Shown here piece after piece: positions 8,518-17,197 of a DNA stretch of 22,981 nucleotides. The stretch is from assembly GCA_046484865.1 (NCBI GenBank), contig JAWOID010000024.1:1-22981 (forward strand), in the 5' to 3' direction. Numbering within the stretch: the first letter of the stretch is position 1; every line of letters begins with the position of its first letter. This stretch comes from Candidatus Krumholzibacteriia bacterium. GTDB lineage: Bacteria; Krumholzibacteriota; Krumholzibacteriia; LZORAL124-64-63. The position numbers and the translations under genes were made by a program. The notes below the pieces were generated by a model. It saw nothing but the letters and a program-made list of their open reading frames with translations. It did no database searches and was not told the origin of the DNA.

Positions 8518-8546
8518 ATTATAGGCCATGCCGGGTGTGCGGGAAA
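8518..8546 (-). promoter_or_regulatory. Putative sigma70 promoter for the PEGA-lipoprotein genes
   Basis: Minus strand TTTCCC-N17-TATAAT. The -10 is perfect, which is rare in GC-rich DNA; the -35 is weak. Confidence 0.5.
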
Positions 8547-8548
8547 GC

Positions 8549-8986
8549 TCAGTCACGGTGATACGGCCGTCCTCTCAGGATGGAGAGCCCCCGGTACACC
8601 TGCTCCGTCAGCACGAGCCGGGCCAGCTCGTGAGGGAGCGTCAGGCGCGACAGGCGTAGCGTGCGGTTCGCGCGGTCCCGAGCGGCGGCGCCCAGGCCGT
8701 CGGGCCCGCCGATGAGGAAGGCCACGGCGCCGTGCTGCCCCAGGATGGCGGCCAGTTCGCGCGACGTGACCGCCTCGCCGCGCTCGTCCAGGGCCACCAC
8801 CAGTTCCTGGCCGGCGGCCGAGCCGAGCCGGCGCAGCATGGCGTCGGCCTCGCGGTCCGGGTCGCTGTCCCGCACCTCGACCACCTCCACCACGCCGCCC
8901 AGGGATCGGCAGCGCAGGGCGTACTCATCCACCATCTCGGCCACGCGGCCGTCCTTCAGTCGCCCGACGGCGACGATCCGGATCAT
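8549..8986 (-). CDS. rlmH: 23S rRNA (pseudouridine1915-N3)-methyltransferase RlmH
   Basis: [11 protein letters not shown]...EY..R, VALDERG...[33 protein letters not shown]...G.PYHR: the full SPOUT RlmH signature. Confidence 0.96.
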   Translation of the reverse strand: MIRIVAVGRLKDGRVAEMVDEYALRCRSLGGVVEVVEVRDSDPDREADAMLRRLGSAAGQELVVALDERGEAVTSRELAAILGQHGAVAFLIGGPDGLGAAARDRANRTLRLSRLTLPHELARLVLTEQVYRGLSILRGRPYHRD

Positions 8987-9078
8987 CGCTCCACCTCCCG
9001 GGGCGGCACGCTTCAGGGGCCGTCGCCCGTCTTGAATCGAAGCTGAATATCAACCGTCCGTCGATTTCGAGTAAAGCC

Positions 9079-9107
9079 TTGACACACCCCGGGGTGCCTC
9101 TGATTTT
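9079..9107 (+). promoter_or_regulatory. Putative sigma70 promoter of the nuo operon with a palindromic spacer
   Basis: TTGACA (9079-9084), 17 nt, then GATTTT (9102-9107). The spacer begins with the perfect palindrome CACCCCGGGGTG (9085-9096). Confidence 0.5.
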
Positions 9108-9210
9108 TGTCCGAGCCGCGTCCCACGCGCGCCCTCGCCGAGGGGCGAGACGGTCGACGCAGGACCGCTCGCGCCCTCCACCGCCATCGCTCAACAAGCC
9201 CGGGTTGACC

Positions 9211-9681
9211 ATGAATGCCATCTTCCCGCTCGCGGCCGTCACAACGGGCCTGCTGCATCATCTCGGCACCGTGTTCGTCTTCCTGGTGTTCGGGGTGTTC
9301 TTCGGGCTGCTGGCGCTGGGCGTCGCCAGGCTACTGCGCCCGAGCAACCCGAGCCCCGGGAAGCTGTCGACCTACGAGTGTGGCGAGGAGCCGGTGGGCT
9401 CCTCGTGGGTCCGTTTCAACGTCCGCTTCTACCTCATCGCGCTGTTCTTCATCGTGTTCGACGTCGAGGTGGTCTTCCTGTACCCCTGGGCGGTCGTCTT
9501 CCGGCACCTCTATCCGCACCCCGAGCTCGGTCACCTCGTCTTCTGGGAGATGGTGATCTTCGTGGCCATCCTCACCGTCGGCCTGGCCTACGTCTGGGGC
9601 AAGGGCGATCTCGAGTGGGTCAAGAAGCTCGGCCGGCGCGAGAGCGACGAACGCGTCCTGGAGGAGGTTACCCGGACATGA
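9211..9681 (+). CDS. nuoA: NADH-quinone oxidoreductase subunit A
   Basis: [43 protein letters not shown]9211 is preferred to TTG9079, which is the -35 element. Confidence 0.95.
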   Translation: MNAIFPLAAVTTGLLHHLGTVFVFLVFGVFFGLLALGVARLLRPSNPSPGKLSTYECGEEPVGSSWVRFNVRFYLIALFFIVFDVEVVFLYPWAVVFRHLYPHPELGHLVFWEMVIFVAILTVGLAYVWGKGDLEWVKKLGRRESDERVLEEVTRT

Positions 9682-10331
9682 CCCGACACGGCAACGGCTC
9701 CCGCGACGACGACGCTCGCGGCAAGGTGCCGGTGGGCTACGATCCGTCGCGCGAGCAGATGCTCGATTTCCGGATCGACGAACAACTCGCGCGGGTGACG
9801 GGAGACGAGAAGAAGAATTTCATCGTCACCAGCCTGGACGAGGTCTTCAACTGGGCGCGCCTCTCGAGCCTCTGGCCGGTCACCTTCGGCCTGGCCTGCT
9901 GCGCCATCGAGATGATGGCGGCGTCGGCCACCCGTTACGACATCGATCGCTTCGGCGCCGGGGCTTTCCGGGCCACGCCGCGGCAGGCCGATCTGATGAT
10001 CGTCTCGGGCACGGTCACCGCCAAGATGGCCAAGCGCCTCAAGCTCATCTACGAGCAGATGCCCGAGCCCAAGTGGGTGGTGGCGATGGGCAGCTGCGCC
10101 ATCGGCGGCGGACCCTACTTCAAGTACGGCTACCACGTGGTGAAGGGCGTGGACATGCTCGACGTGCCGGTGGACGTCTTCATCCCCGGCTGTCCGCCCC
10201 GTCCGGAGGTTCTGCTGGACGGCCTCATGCGGCTGCAGGACAAGATCCGCGGCCGCAAGGGCAAGTTCCGGCCGCCGCGCTGGGTCCAGGAATATGCCCA
10301 GCGGATTCCCTTCCAGAACCAGAAGAAGTAG
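9678..10331 (+). CDS. nuoB: NADH-quinone oxidoreductase subunit B (N2 cluster)
   Basis: ATGA overlap with the nuoA stop. [35 protein letters not shown]. Confidence 0.97.
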   Translation: MTRHGNGSRDDDARGKVPVGYDPSREQMLDFRIDEQLARVTGDEKKNFIVTSLDEVFNWARLSSLWPVTFGLACCAIEMMAASATRYDIDRFGAGAFRATPRQADLMIVSGTVTAKMAKRLKLIYEQMPEPKWVVAMGSCAIGGGPYFKYGYHVVKGVDMLDVPVDVFIPGCPPRPEVLLDGLMRLQDKIRGRKGKFRPPRWVQEYAQRIPFQNQKK

Positions 10332-10340
10332 CAGGTGAGC

Positions 10341-11009
10341 ATGGAGCGATCAGCGATCCACGCGAAGCTGGTGGAACGGTTCGGCGACGCGGTCCTCGCC
10401 CTCGAGGAGAGCGGACTCGATCCCCACTGCGACGTGCAGCCGCAGCGACTCGGTGAGATCGCGCGGTTCCTGCGCGATGATCCGGAACTCGACTTCGACC
10501 AGCTGATGTGTCTGTCGGGCGTGGACTACGACGGCCTCGACCTCGAAGGCAAGGGCAAGTCGGTGGACATCCTCGGCTATACCGAGGACGGCCGGCCGGA
10601 GACCAGCGACCGCGTGGCCGAGGGCGACCTGGGAGTGGTCTACCATCTCTTCAGCCACGCGCGGCGCCACAAGTTCACCCTGCGGGCGCGGGTGCCGCGA
10701 GATGTGGCGGCGGTGCCGACCGTCAACCACCTCTGGACCACCGCGGAGTGGCACGAGCGCGAGGCGTGGGACCTGGTGGGGATCCGCTTCACCGGCCATG
10801 CCGACCTGCGGCGGATTCTCCTGGATGACGACTGGGAGGGCCATCCCCTGCGCAAGGACTACCAGATGCCGGATGCCTGGCAGGGCGTGCCGCTGGCGGG
10901 CAGGCCCCTGAGCGTGGATCGCCGCCCGCGGCCGCCGGTGCCGGACGGCGGCACCTCCGGCGGGGCGGCCGCCGGCGAGGCAGGGACGACCGGCAAGGAC
11001 GAGGGGTGA
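10341..11009 (+). CDS. nuoC: NADH-quinone oxidoreductase subunit C
   Basis: CLSGVDY, VVYHL, W..AEWHEREAWDLVGI.F.GH.DLRRILL....GHPLRKDY. Start could be GTG10335. Confidence 0.95.
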   Translation: MERSAIHAKLVERFGDAVLALEESGLDPHCDVQPQRLGEIARFLRDDPELDFDQLMCLSGVDYDGLDLEGKGKSVDILGYTEDGRPETSDRVAEGDLGVVYHLFSHARRHKFTLRARVPRDVAAVPTVNHLWTTAEWHEREAWDLVGIRFTGHADLRRILLDDDWEGHPLRKDYQMPDAWQGVPLAGRPLSVDRRPRPPVPDGGTSGGAAAGEAGTTGKDEG

Positions 11010-11011
11010 GC

Positions 11012-12202
11012 ATGGCCCAGGACAGCAGACCCAGCGACGTCGAGCCCGCCGGTACGGGCTGGGCCGAACAGGACGGCCTCGCCGAGATGCGCAGCGAACT
11101 GCTCGAGATCAACATGGGCCCCCAGCACCCCGCCACCCACGGCGTGCTGCGGCTGCTCATCGAGACCGACGGCGAGGTGGTGCACCGCGTGAAGGCGTAC
11201 ATCGGCTACCTGCACCGGTGCGCCGAGAAGACCGCCGAAGGCTGCGACTACAAGCAGTGGGTGGTCTACACCGACCGCTTCGACTACCTGGCGCCGATGT
11301 GCTGCAACCACGCCTACGTGACCGCCGTGGAGCGGCTGATGGGCGTGCAGGTGCCCGAGCGCGCCGAGTACCTGCGGGTGATCTCCGCGGAACTGTCGCG
11401 CATCGCCAGCCACCTGATCGCCATCGGCACCTTCGGCCTGGACATGGGCGCCTGGACGCCGCTGCTCTACTGCTTCCGCGAGCGCGAGGAGATCCTCAAT
11501 CTCCTGGAGCGGCTGAGCGGCGGCCGCATGCTCTACAACTACATGGTGCCGGGCGGCGTCCGCTTCGACGTCGGCGACGAGCGGTGGTTGAAGGACGTGG
11601 TGGCGTTCACCGAGCTGCTGGATCACAAGATCCCCGAGTACAACCGCCTGCTGTCCAACAACAAGATCTTCATCGAGCGCACCGCGGACGTGGGGGTGAT
11701 CAGCAAGCAGGACGCCTTCCAGTACGGGTGCACCGGTCCGGTGCTGCGCGGGTCCGGCATCCGCTTCGACTGCCGCAAGGACGATCCGTACTCGGTGTAC
11801 GACCGCTTCGAGTTCGACATCCCGGTGGGGACCGGCGAACAGGGCACCGTGGGCGACTGCTGGGACCGCTACATGGTGCGCATGCGCGAGATGCACGAGA
11901 GCTGCCGCATCATCCGGCAGGCGGTGGCCGGTCTGCCGGAAGGGCCGGTGATGTCGGACGAGGTGAAGAAGGTCATGCGGGTGCCGGCGGGCGCCCTCTA
12001 CAGCCGCACCGAGAGCTCCAAGGGAGAGCTGGGCCATTACATCATCGCCGACGGCGGCACCAAGCCGTTCCGCAACAAGGTGCGCTCGCCCTCCTACTGC
12101 AACCTGCAGGTGATCGAGAAGATCGGGTCGGGACAGATGATCTCCGACCTGGTCGCCATCGTGGGTTCGCTGGACATCGTCCTCGGGGAGATCGATCGCT
12201 GA
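11012..12202 (+). CDS. nuoD: NADH-quinone oxidoreductase subunit D
   Basis: INMGPQHPATHGVLRL, GYLHRCAEK, DRFDY, ELSRIASHL, ESSKGELG, RSPS, and C-terminal DIVLGEIDR. No NiFe CxxC motifs. Start could be GTG11006. Confidence 0.97.
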   Translation: MAQDSRPSDVEPAGTGWAEQDGLAEMRSELLEINMGPQHPATHGVLRLLIETDGEVVHRVKAYIGYLHRCAEKTAEGCDYKQWVVYTDRFDYLAPMCCNHAYVTAVERLMGVQVPERAEYLRVISAELSRIASHLIAIGTFGLDMGAWTPLLYCFREREEILNLLERLSGGRMLYNYMVPGGVRFDVGDERWLKDVVAFTELLDHKIPEYNRLLSNNKIFIERTADVGVISKQDAFQYGCTGPVLRGSGIRFDCRKDDPYSVYDRFEFDIPVGTGEQGTVGDCWDRYMVRMREMHESCRIIRQAVAGLPEGPVMSDEVKKVMRVPAGALYSRTESSKGELGHYIIADGGTKPFRNKVRSPSYCNLQVIEKIGSGQMISDLVAIVGSLDIVLGEIDR

Positions 12203-13245
12203 TGGAAATCGTCGCCAGCCTGTTCGCCAAGACCGGCATGTCGCCGGAAGCGGTGCACATCGTGGGCAGTCTCACGATGGCCCTGATCATGAGCCTGGTG
12301 ATGGCCGCCTGCGCCATCGTCTTCACCTGGATGGAGCGCAAGGTGGCCGGCTTCATGCAGAGCCGCTATGGCCCCATGCGGGTGGGGCGCATCCACGGCG
12401 TGGGCCAGCCGATCGCCGACATGCTCAAGATCCTCCAGAAGGAAGACGTGGTGCCGGCCGCCGCCGACAGCTTCCTCTTCAAGCTGGCGCCGTTCGTGGT
12501 GTTCCTCGGCTCGCTGCTGGCCTGGGCCGCCATCCCCTTCGCCCCGGGCTTCATCGCCTCGAATCTCGACCTGGGGCTGTTCTACATCTTCGCCGTGAGC
12601 AGCACGGTGGTCGTCGGCATCCTCATGGCCGGCTGGGCGTCGAACAACAAGTGGGCGCTGTACGGCGCGGCGCGCGGCGCCGCCCAGATGGTGAGCTACG
12701 AGATCCCGCTCGCGCTGGCGGCGCTGCCGGTCGTGATGGCGGTGGGCTCGCTCAACATGAACGACATCGTCATCGCGCAGCAGGGCGGCATCGCCAACTG
12801 GTTCCTCTTCTACAACCCGTTCCTGTTCCTGGCCTTCGTCACCTACTTCATCTGCTCCATCGCCGAGGTGAACCGCGGTCCCTTCGACCTGCCGGAGACC
12901 GAGTCGGAGCTGGTGGCGGGCTATCACACCGAGTACACCGGCATGCGCTTCGCGTTCTTCTTCCTGGCGGAGTATGCCAACCTGTTCCTGGTGTCGTGCG
13001 TGGCCACCGCGGTGTTCCTGGGCGGCTGGTGGGCCGTGATTCCGGGACTCGACTTCGCGCCGGCCGTCTGGTTCCTGATCAAGGCCGTGCTGCTGGTGTT
13101 CGCCCAGATGTGGGTGCGCTGGACGCTGCCCCGCCTGCGGGTGGACCAGCTCATGTACATCTGCTGGAAGGTGATGATCCCCATCGCGCTGATCTGCGTG
13201 ATCGGGGCCGGGATCTGGATGATGGCCGCCGGTCAGCTCGGCTGA
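12202..13245 (+). CDS. nuoH: NADH-quinone oxidoreductase subunit H
   Basis: TGATG overlap with nuoD. ERKVAGFMQSRYGP, QPIADMLK, AQMVSYE, E.NRGPFDLPE.ESELV.GY.TEY, RWTLPRLRVDQL. Confidence 0.97.
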   Translation: MEIVASLFAKTGMSPEAVHIVGSLTMALIMSLVMAACAIVFTWMERKVAGFMQSRYGPMRVGRIHGVGQPIADMLKILQKEDVVPAAADSFLFKLAPFVVFLGSLLAWAAIPFAPGFIASNLDLGLFYIFAVSSTVVVGILMAGWASNNKWALYGAARGAAQMVSYEIPLALAALPVVMAVGSLNMNDIVIAQQGGIANWFLFYNPFLFLAFVTYFICSIAEVNRGPFDLPETESELVAGYHTEYTGMRFAFFFLAEYANLFLVSCVATAVFLGGWWAVIPGLDFAPAVWFLIKAVLLVFAQMWVRWTLPRLRVDQLMYICWKVMIPIALICVIGAGIWMMAAGQLG

Positions 13246-13291
13246 TCGCCAGCCGGGCCGACGCGACGCGGTTGCGTTCCGGGAGTGACGG

Positions 13292-14065
13292 ATGGTTCGC
13301 TATTTCGCCGACATCTATCAGGCCGTGACCTCCACCTTCAAGGGCATGGGCGTCACCTTCAAGCACCTGTGGAAGAAGCCGGTGACGCAGCAGTACCCGG
13401 ACGAGCGCTGGGCTTTGCCGCCGCGATTCAAGGGCTTCGTCTTCAACGACATGAACAAGTGCAACGCCTGCAATCAGTGCGTGAAGGCGTGCCCGGTGTC
13501 GTGCATCTATCTCGAGACCGAGGGCAAGGGCAAGGAACGCGTGATGACGCGGTACGCCATCGACTACAACAAGTGCATCTGGTGCGGATTCTGCGTGGAG
13601 CCCTGTCCGGACGACGCCCTGAGCATGAGCCACGATTACGACCACTCGGTCTACTTCCGCGACAGCCTCGTGTACGAGTACGTGGCCGCGGATCGGCCCA
13701 TTCCCACCAACCGGGAGGCCCGGATCGCCGCGGGGCTCTGGGTGAAGCCGAAGGACGGCCCGGCCGCCGACAAGCCGGAGAAGGCCGCGGGCGCCAGGAC
13801 GCGGCCCGCCCGAGCCGCGGGCGAGGCGAAGGCGGAACCGGCCGACAGGAGCGGCGGGGACGGCGGTGGGCCCCGGGCCGCGGAGAAGAAGGCGGCCGCC
13901 GCGCCGCCGCCGCCGGAGATGCCTGCGTCCGCGCCGGAGGAGCCTCCGTGCGAGGGCGAGGAAGAGTCGCAGGACGCGACCCCGACGGATACCTCGCGCG
14001 AGGCGGGGGACGAGACCGCCGGCAAGACCGCACCGGCCGACCCGACCCAGGGGAGGGACACGTGA
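13292..14065 (+). CDS. nuoI: NADH-quinone oxidoreductase subunit I (2x[4Fe-4S]) with a long low-complexity C-terminal tail
   Basis: T.QYPDE, CNACNQCVKACP and CIWCGFCVEPCP. Confidence 0.95.
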   Translation: MVRYFADIYQAVTSTFKGMGVTFKHLWKKPVTQQYPDERWALPPRFKGFVFNDMNKCNACNQCVKACPVSCIYLETEGKGKERVMTRYAIDYNKCIWCGFCVEPCPDDALSMSHDYDHSVYFRDSLVYEYVAADRPIPTNREARIAAGLWVKPKDGPAADKPEKAAGARTRPARAAGEAKAEPADRSGGDGGGPRAAEKKAAAAPPPPEMPASAPEEPPCEGEEESQDATPTDTSREAGDETAGKTAPADPTQGRDT

Positions 14066-14661
14066 TCGCCGACCTGATCTTCTACCTCTTCGCCGCCCTG
14101 GCGGTGGTCTCGGGTTTGTTCGTGGTCTTCACGCGCAACATCGTGCACGCGGGCTTCAGCCTGATGTTCACGCTCCTGGGGGTCGCCGGGCTGTACGGCG
14201 TGCTCGGGGCCGATTTCCTGGCCGTCACCCAGGTCATCGTCTACATCGGCGGCGTGCTGGTTTTGGTGCTGTTCACGGTGATGATGACCCGCGTGCCCCT
14301 GCGCAGGCGCACCCGCCAGGGTCTGGACCTCTACGTGCCCGCCGGGATCTTCGCCCTGGCGGTGTTCGCGGTGCTGTACCGGCTGATCACCGACACCGCC
14401 TGGCTGGCGAGCGCGTCGGAGCCCCAGCCCACGGTGGCGGAGATCGGCACCGCCTTCATGACCACCCACATCTTCGCGTTCGAGTACGTCTCCATCGCCC
14501 TGCTCGTGGCGATGATCGGCGCGGCCATCCTCATCCGGGAGCGCCGGCCGCAGGCGCTCGAGACCGCGCAGATCGGCGACCATGACGCGCCGATCCTCGA
14601 TGACGCGGGCGCGCCCGCAGGCGCGCCGGCCGAGGAAGACCGCGAGGAGGTCCATACGTGA
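14062..14661 (+). CDS. nuoJ: NADH-quinone oxidoreductase subunit J
   Basis: GTGA overlap with nuoI and GGGAGG SD. N.VHA, ADFLAVTQVIVYIGGVLVLVLF..M, FE..SIALLVAMIGA. Confidence 0.95.
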   Translation: MIADLIFYLFAALAVVSGLFVVFTRNIVHAGFSLMFTLLGVAGLYGVLGADFLAVTQVIVYIGGVLVLVLFTVMMTRVPLRRRTRQGLDLYVPAGIFALAVFAVLYRLITDTAWLASASEPQPTVAEIGTAFMTTHIFAFEYVSIALLVAMIGAAILIRERRPQALETAQIGDHDAPILDDAGAPAGAPAEEDREEVHT

Positions 14662-14966
14662 ACGTCGGCCTGCCCCATTTCCTGACCGTCGGGGCGATCC
14701 TCTTCGTCCTGGGGCTCTTCGCGGTCATGACCCGACGCAACGGCGTGGGCATGCTGATGGGGGTGGAACTCATCCTCAACGCGGCCAACGTGAACTTCGT
14801 CGCCTTCTCGCGCTACGTGGAGCACGGGCTGAGCGGCCAGATCACGGCGGCGTTCGTCATCGTGCTCGCCGCGGCCGAGGCGGCGGTGGCGCTGGCCATC
14901 GTGCTCGCCATGTACCGCAGCTTCGGAACTGTCCATGTCGACACCGTCACCAGCCTGCGCCGGTAG
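14658..14966 (+). CDS. nuoK: NADH-quinone oxidoreductase subunit K
   Basis: GTGA overlap. RRN...LMGVELILNA.N.NFV.F, AAAEAAVALAI. Confidence 0.96.
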   Translation: MNVGLPHFLTVGAILFVLGLFAVMTRRNGVGMLMGVELILNAANVNFVAFSRYVEHGLSGQITAAFVIVLAAAEAAVALAIVLAMYRSFGTVHVDTVTSLRR

Positions 14967-14978
14967 GGGGAAAGCTCG

Positions 14979-17168
14979 ATGAGCGATTCCGCGATCCTGA
15001 CAGCTGCGCTGGCCATCCTGGCCCTGCCGCTGCTGTCGTACGTGCTGACCTTCTTCTTCGGCAACAAGCTGCCGCGGCGCGGCGACTTCATCGGCGTGAC
15101 GCTGCTGGGCATCTGCGAGGTGCTGGCGATCGCCATCTTCGTCCAGTTCTGGCGCCTGGCCGACCCCACCTATCGGGTGGAGGCGAACTTCCGCTGGATC
15201 GACCTGGGCGGCTTCCACCTCGACGCCGGGATCCTCGTCGACGGCATGACGGCGGTCATGCTGATGGTGGTCTGCACGATCAGCTTCCTGGTGCACGTCT
15301 ACTCCATGGGGTACATGCACGGCGACCGTCGCTACGACCGGTTCTTCGCCTTCCTCGGCTTCTTCTCGTTCTCGATGCTGGGGATCGTGCTCTCGAACAA
15401 CCTCTTCTTCCTCTACGTGTTCTGGGAGCTGGTCGGCCTGTCGAGCTATCTGCTGATCGGCTTCTTCTTCCACAAGCATTCCGCGGCCAACGCCAACAAG
15501 AAGGCGTTCCTGGCCAACCGTGTGGGCGACTACGGCTTCTGGCTGGGCATCCTGATCTTCTTCACCGCCACCGGCACGATGAATTACTTCGAGCTGTTCG
15601 CCAACGTGCACGCGGGCACCCTCACGGGTGCTCTGCTGACCTGGGCCGGCATCGGACTGTTCATGGGCTGCGTGGGCAAGTCGGCGCAGATGCCGCTGCA
15701 CATCTGGCTGCCCGACGCCATGGAGGGCCCCACGCCGGTGAGCGCCCTCATCCACGCGGCGACCATGGTGGCGGCGGGCGTCTACATGGTGGCGCGGCTG
15801 CACCCGCTCTTCTCGCCGGACGCCCTGCTCGTCGTGCTCTACGTGGGGGCCATCACCGCGTTCCTGGCGGCGACCATCGCCTTCGTGAAGACCGACATCA
15901 AGCGCGTGCTGGCGTTCTCCACGCTGAGCCAGCTCGGATACATGGTGATGGCCCTGGGGGCGCTGGACGCGGCCAACGCCATGTTCCACCTCACCACCCA
16001 CGCCATGTTCAAGGCGCTGCTCTTCCTGGGCGCCGGCTCGGTGATCCATGCCGTGCACACCCAGGAGATGCCCGAGATGGGCGGCCTGCGCAAGAAGATG
16101 CCGGTGACCTTCGCCACCTTCCTGATCGCCACCCTGGCCATCGCCGGCGTGCCCGGCCTGGCCGGTTTCTACTCCAAGGACGGCATCCTCGGCTCCACGC
16201 TGGCGTTCGCCATGGAGCGCCAGGCCCACTACATCCCGTTCATCCTGGGCATCACGGCCGCCGGGATGACGGCGTTCTACATGTTCCGCGCGGTGTTCAT
16301 GACGTTCTTCGGCAAGCCGCGCGACCAGCACCGGTTCGACCATGCTCACGAGTCGCCCTGGAGCATGGCCGGCCCGCTGGTGGTGCTGGCGGTGCTCTCG
16401 ATCGTGGCGGCGGGCTGGAGTACCGCGTCCGAGGGCTGGTTCGCCCGCTACACGGTGGCCTACGACGTGCCCGGCATCGCTGCCGAGTTCGGGATGGCGT
16501 CGTCGGCCCACGCCGGGGAACTGGCCCCGACCGATGCCCACGGGGGTGACGCGGCTCTCGCCCATGACACCGCGGGCGACGTGGCCCCGGCTCACGACAC
16601 CGCGGATGACGTGGCTTTCGCCCATGACACCGCGGGCGACGCGGCCCCCGCTCACGACACCGCGCACGCCGGCTCCGGCCACGACGACCACGGTGGCCAC
16701 ATCGCCCATGAGGCCCACCAGACAGCCATGACGCTCTCGATCATCATGGCCGGTCTGGGCATCCTGGGGGCCTGGCTCGTCTACCACCGGCGCCTGCTCG
16801 ACACCGCCGCGCTGCAGCGGCGCCTGCACCCGGTCTACACCGTGCTGCAGGGGCAGTACTTCTTCGACGAGTTCTACGCGGCCACGGTCTACCGCGCCAC
16901 CCTGTGGGTGGCCTGGCTGACGGCCGCCTTCGACCGCGTGGTGATCGACGGCATCGTCAACGGGTCGGGCTACCTGACCCGGGTGGTGAGCTGGTTCGTG
17001 GGCCAGAGCGACCGCTGGGTCGTGGACGGAATGGTCAATGGTGTGGGCGCCGTGATGCAGGGCGCCGGCGAGGGACTGCGACGCTTCCAGACCGGACGCT
17101 TGCAGACGTACCTGGTGTACGTCTCGGCGTCCGTCGTGGTCTTGGTCCTGATCTATCGAGCCCTTTGA
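14979..17168 (+). CDS. nuoL: NADH-quinone oxidoreductase subunit L with a His/Asp-rich repeat insertion
   Basis: YS.GYM.GD, WELVGLSSYLLIGF, KAF..NRVGD, GKSAQ.PLH.WLPDAMEGPTPVSALIHAATMV, HA.FKALLFL.AGSVIH, and C-terminal D..VIDG.VNG / QTG..Q.Y. Confidence 0.97.
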   Translation: MSDSAILTAALAILALPLLSYVLTFFFGNKLPRRGDFIGVTLLGICEVLAIAIFVQFWRLADPTYRVEANFRWIDLGGFHLDAGILVDGMTAVMLMVVCTISFLVHVYSMGYMHGDRRYDRFFAFLGFFSFSMLGIVLSNNLFFLYVFWELVGLSSYLLIGFFFHKHSAANANKKAFLANRVGDYGFWLGILIFFTATGTMNYFELFANVHAGTLTGALLTWAGIGLFMGCVGKSAQMPLHIWLPDAMEGPTPVSALIHAATMVAAGVYMVARLHPLFSPDALLVVLYVGAITAFLAATIAFVKTDIKRVLAFSTLSQLGYMVMALGALDAANAMFHLTTHAMFKALLFLGAGSVIHAVHTQEMPEMGGLRKKMPVTFATFLIATLAIAGVPGLAGFYSKDGILGSTLAFAMERQAHYIPFILGITAAGMTAFYMFRAVFMTFFGKPRDQHRFDHAHESPWSMAGPLVVLAVLSIVAAGWSTASEGWFARYTVAYDVPGIAAEFGMASSAHAGELAPTDAHGGDAALAHDTAGDVAPAHDTADDVAFAHDTAGDAAPAHDTAHAGSGHDDHGGHIAHEAHQTAMTLSIIMAGLGILGAWLVYHRRLLDTAALQRRLHPVYTVLQGQYFFDEFYAATVYRATLWVAWLTAAFDRVVIDGIVNGSGYLTRVVSWFVGQSDRWVVDGMVNGVGAVMQGAGEGLRRFQTGRLQTYLVYVSASVVVLVLIYRAL
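16560..16664 (+). repeat. In-frame tandem repeat inside nuoL: 30-bp units organised as a 60-bp higher-order repeat (AHDTA x4)
   Basis: 16561-16604 and 16621-16664 are nearly identical at a 60-nt offset. Units alternate GCCCATGACACCGCG and GCTCACGACACCGCG. Confidence 0.9.
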
Positions 17169-17197
17169 GCTGAGGAACCCCGAGAGGAGCGCCAGGC

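Noticed and set aside
8549..8570. rlmH 3' end as an SCCmec-like integration site
   Set aside because: No recombinase, att repeat or compositional shift downstream of rlmH.
11218..12201. Apparent long N-terminal extensions of NuoH, and likewise NuoB (from 9378) and NuoJ (from 13285)
   Set aside because: They are off-frame readings across the upstream nuo genes. The real starts overlap the upstream stops (TGATG, ATGA, GTGA).
11012..12202. Group 4 [NiFe]-hydrogenase interpretation of the operon, prompted by the Cys-rich NuoD (HRC, MCCN)
   Set aside because: There are no RxCGxC or DPCxxC motifs, the C-terminus is GEIDR, and NuoB has the tandem CC of complex I.
16547..16680. nuoL repeat as a CRISPR array
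   Set aside because: It is an in-frame coding repeat with no unique spacers and no cas genes nearby.
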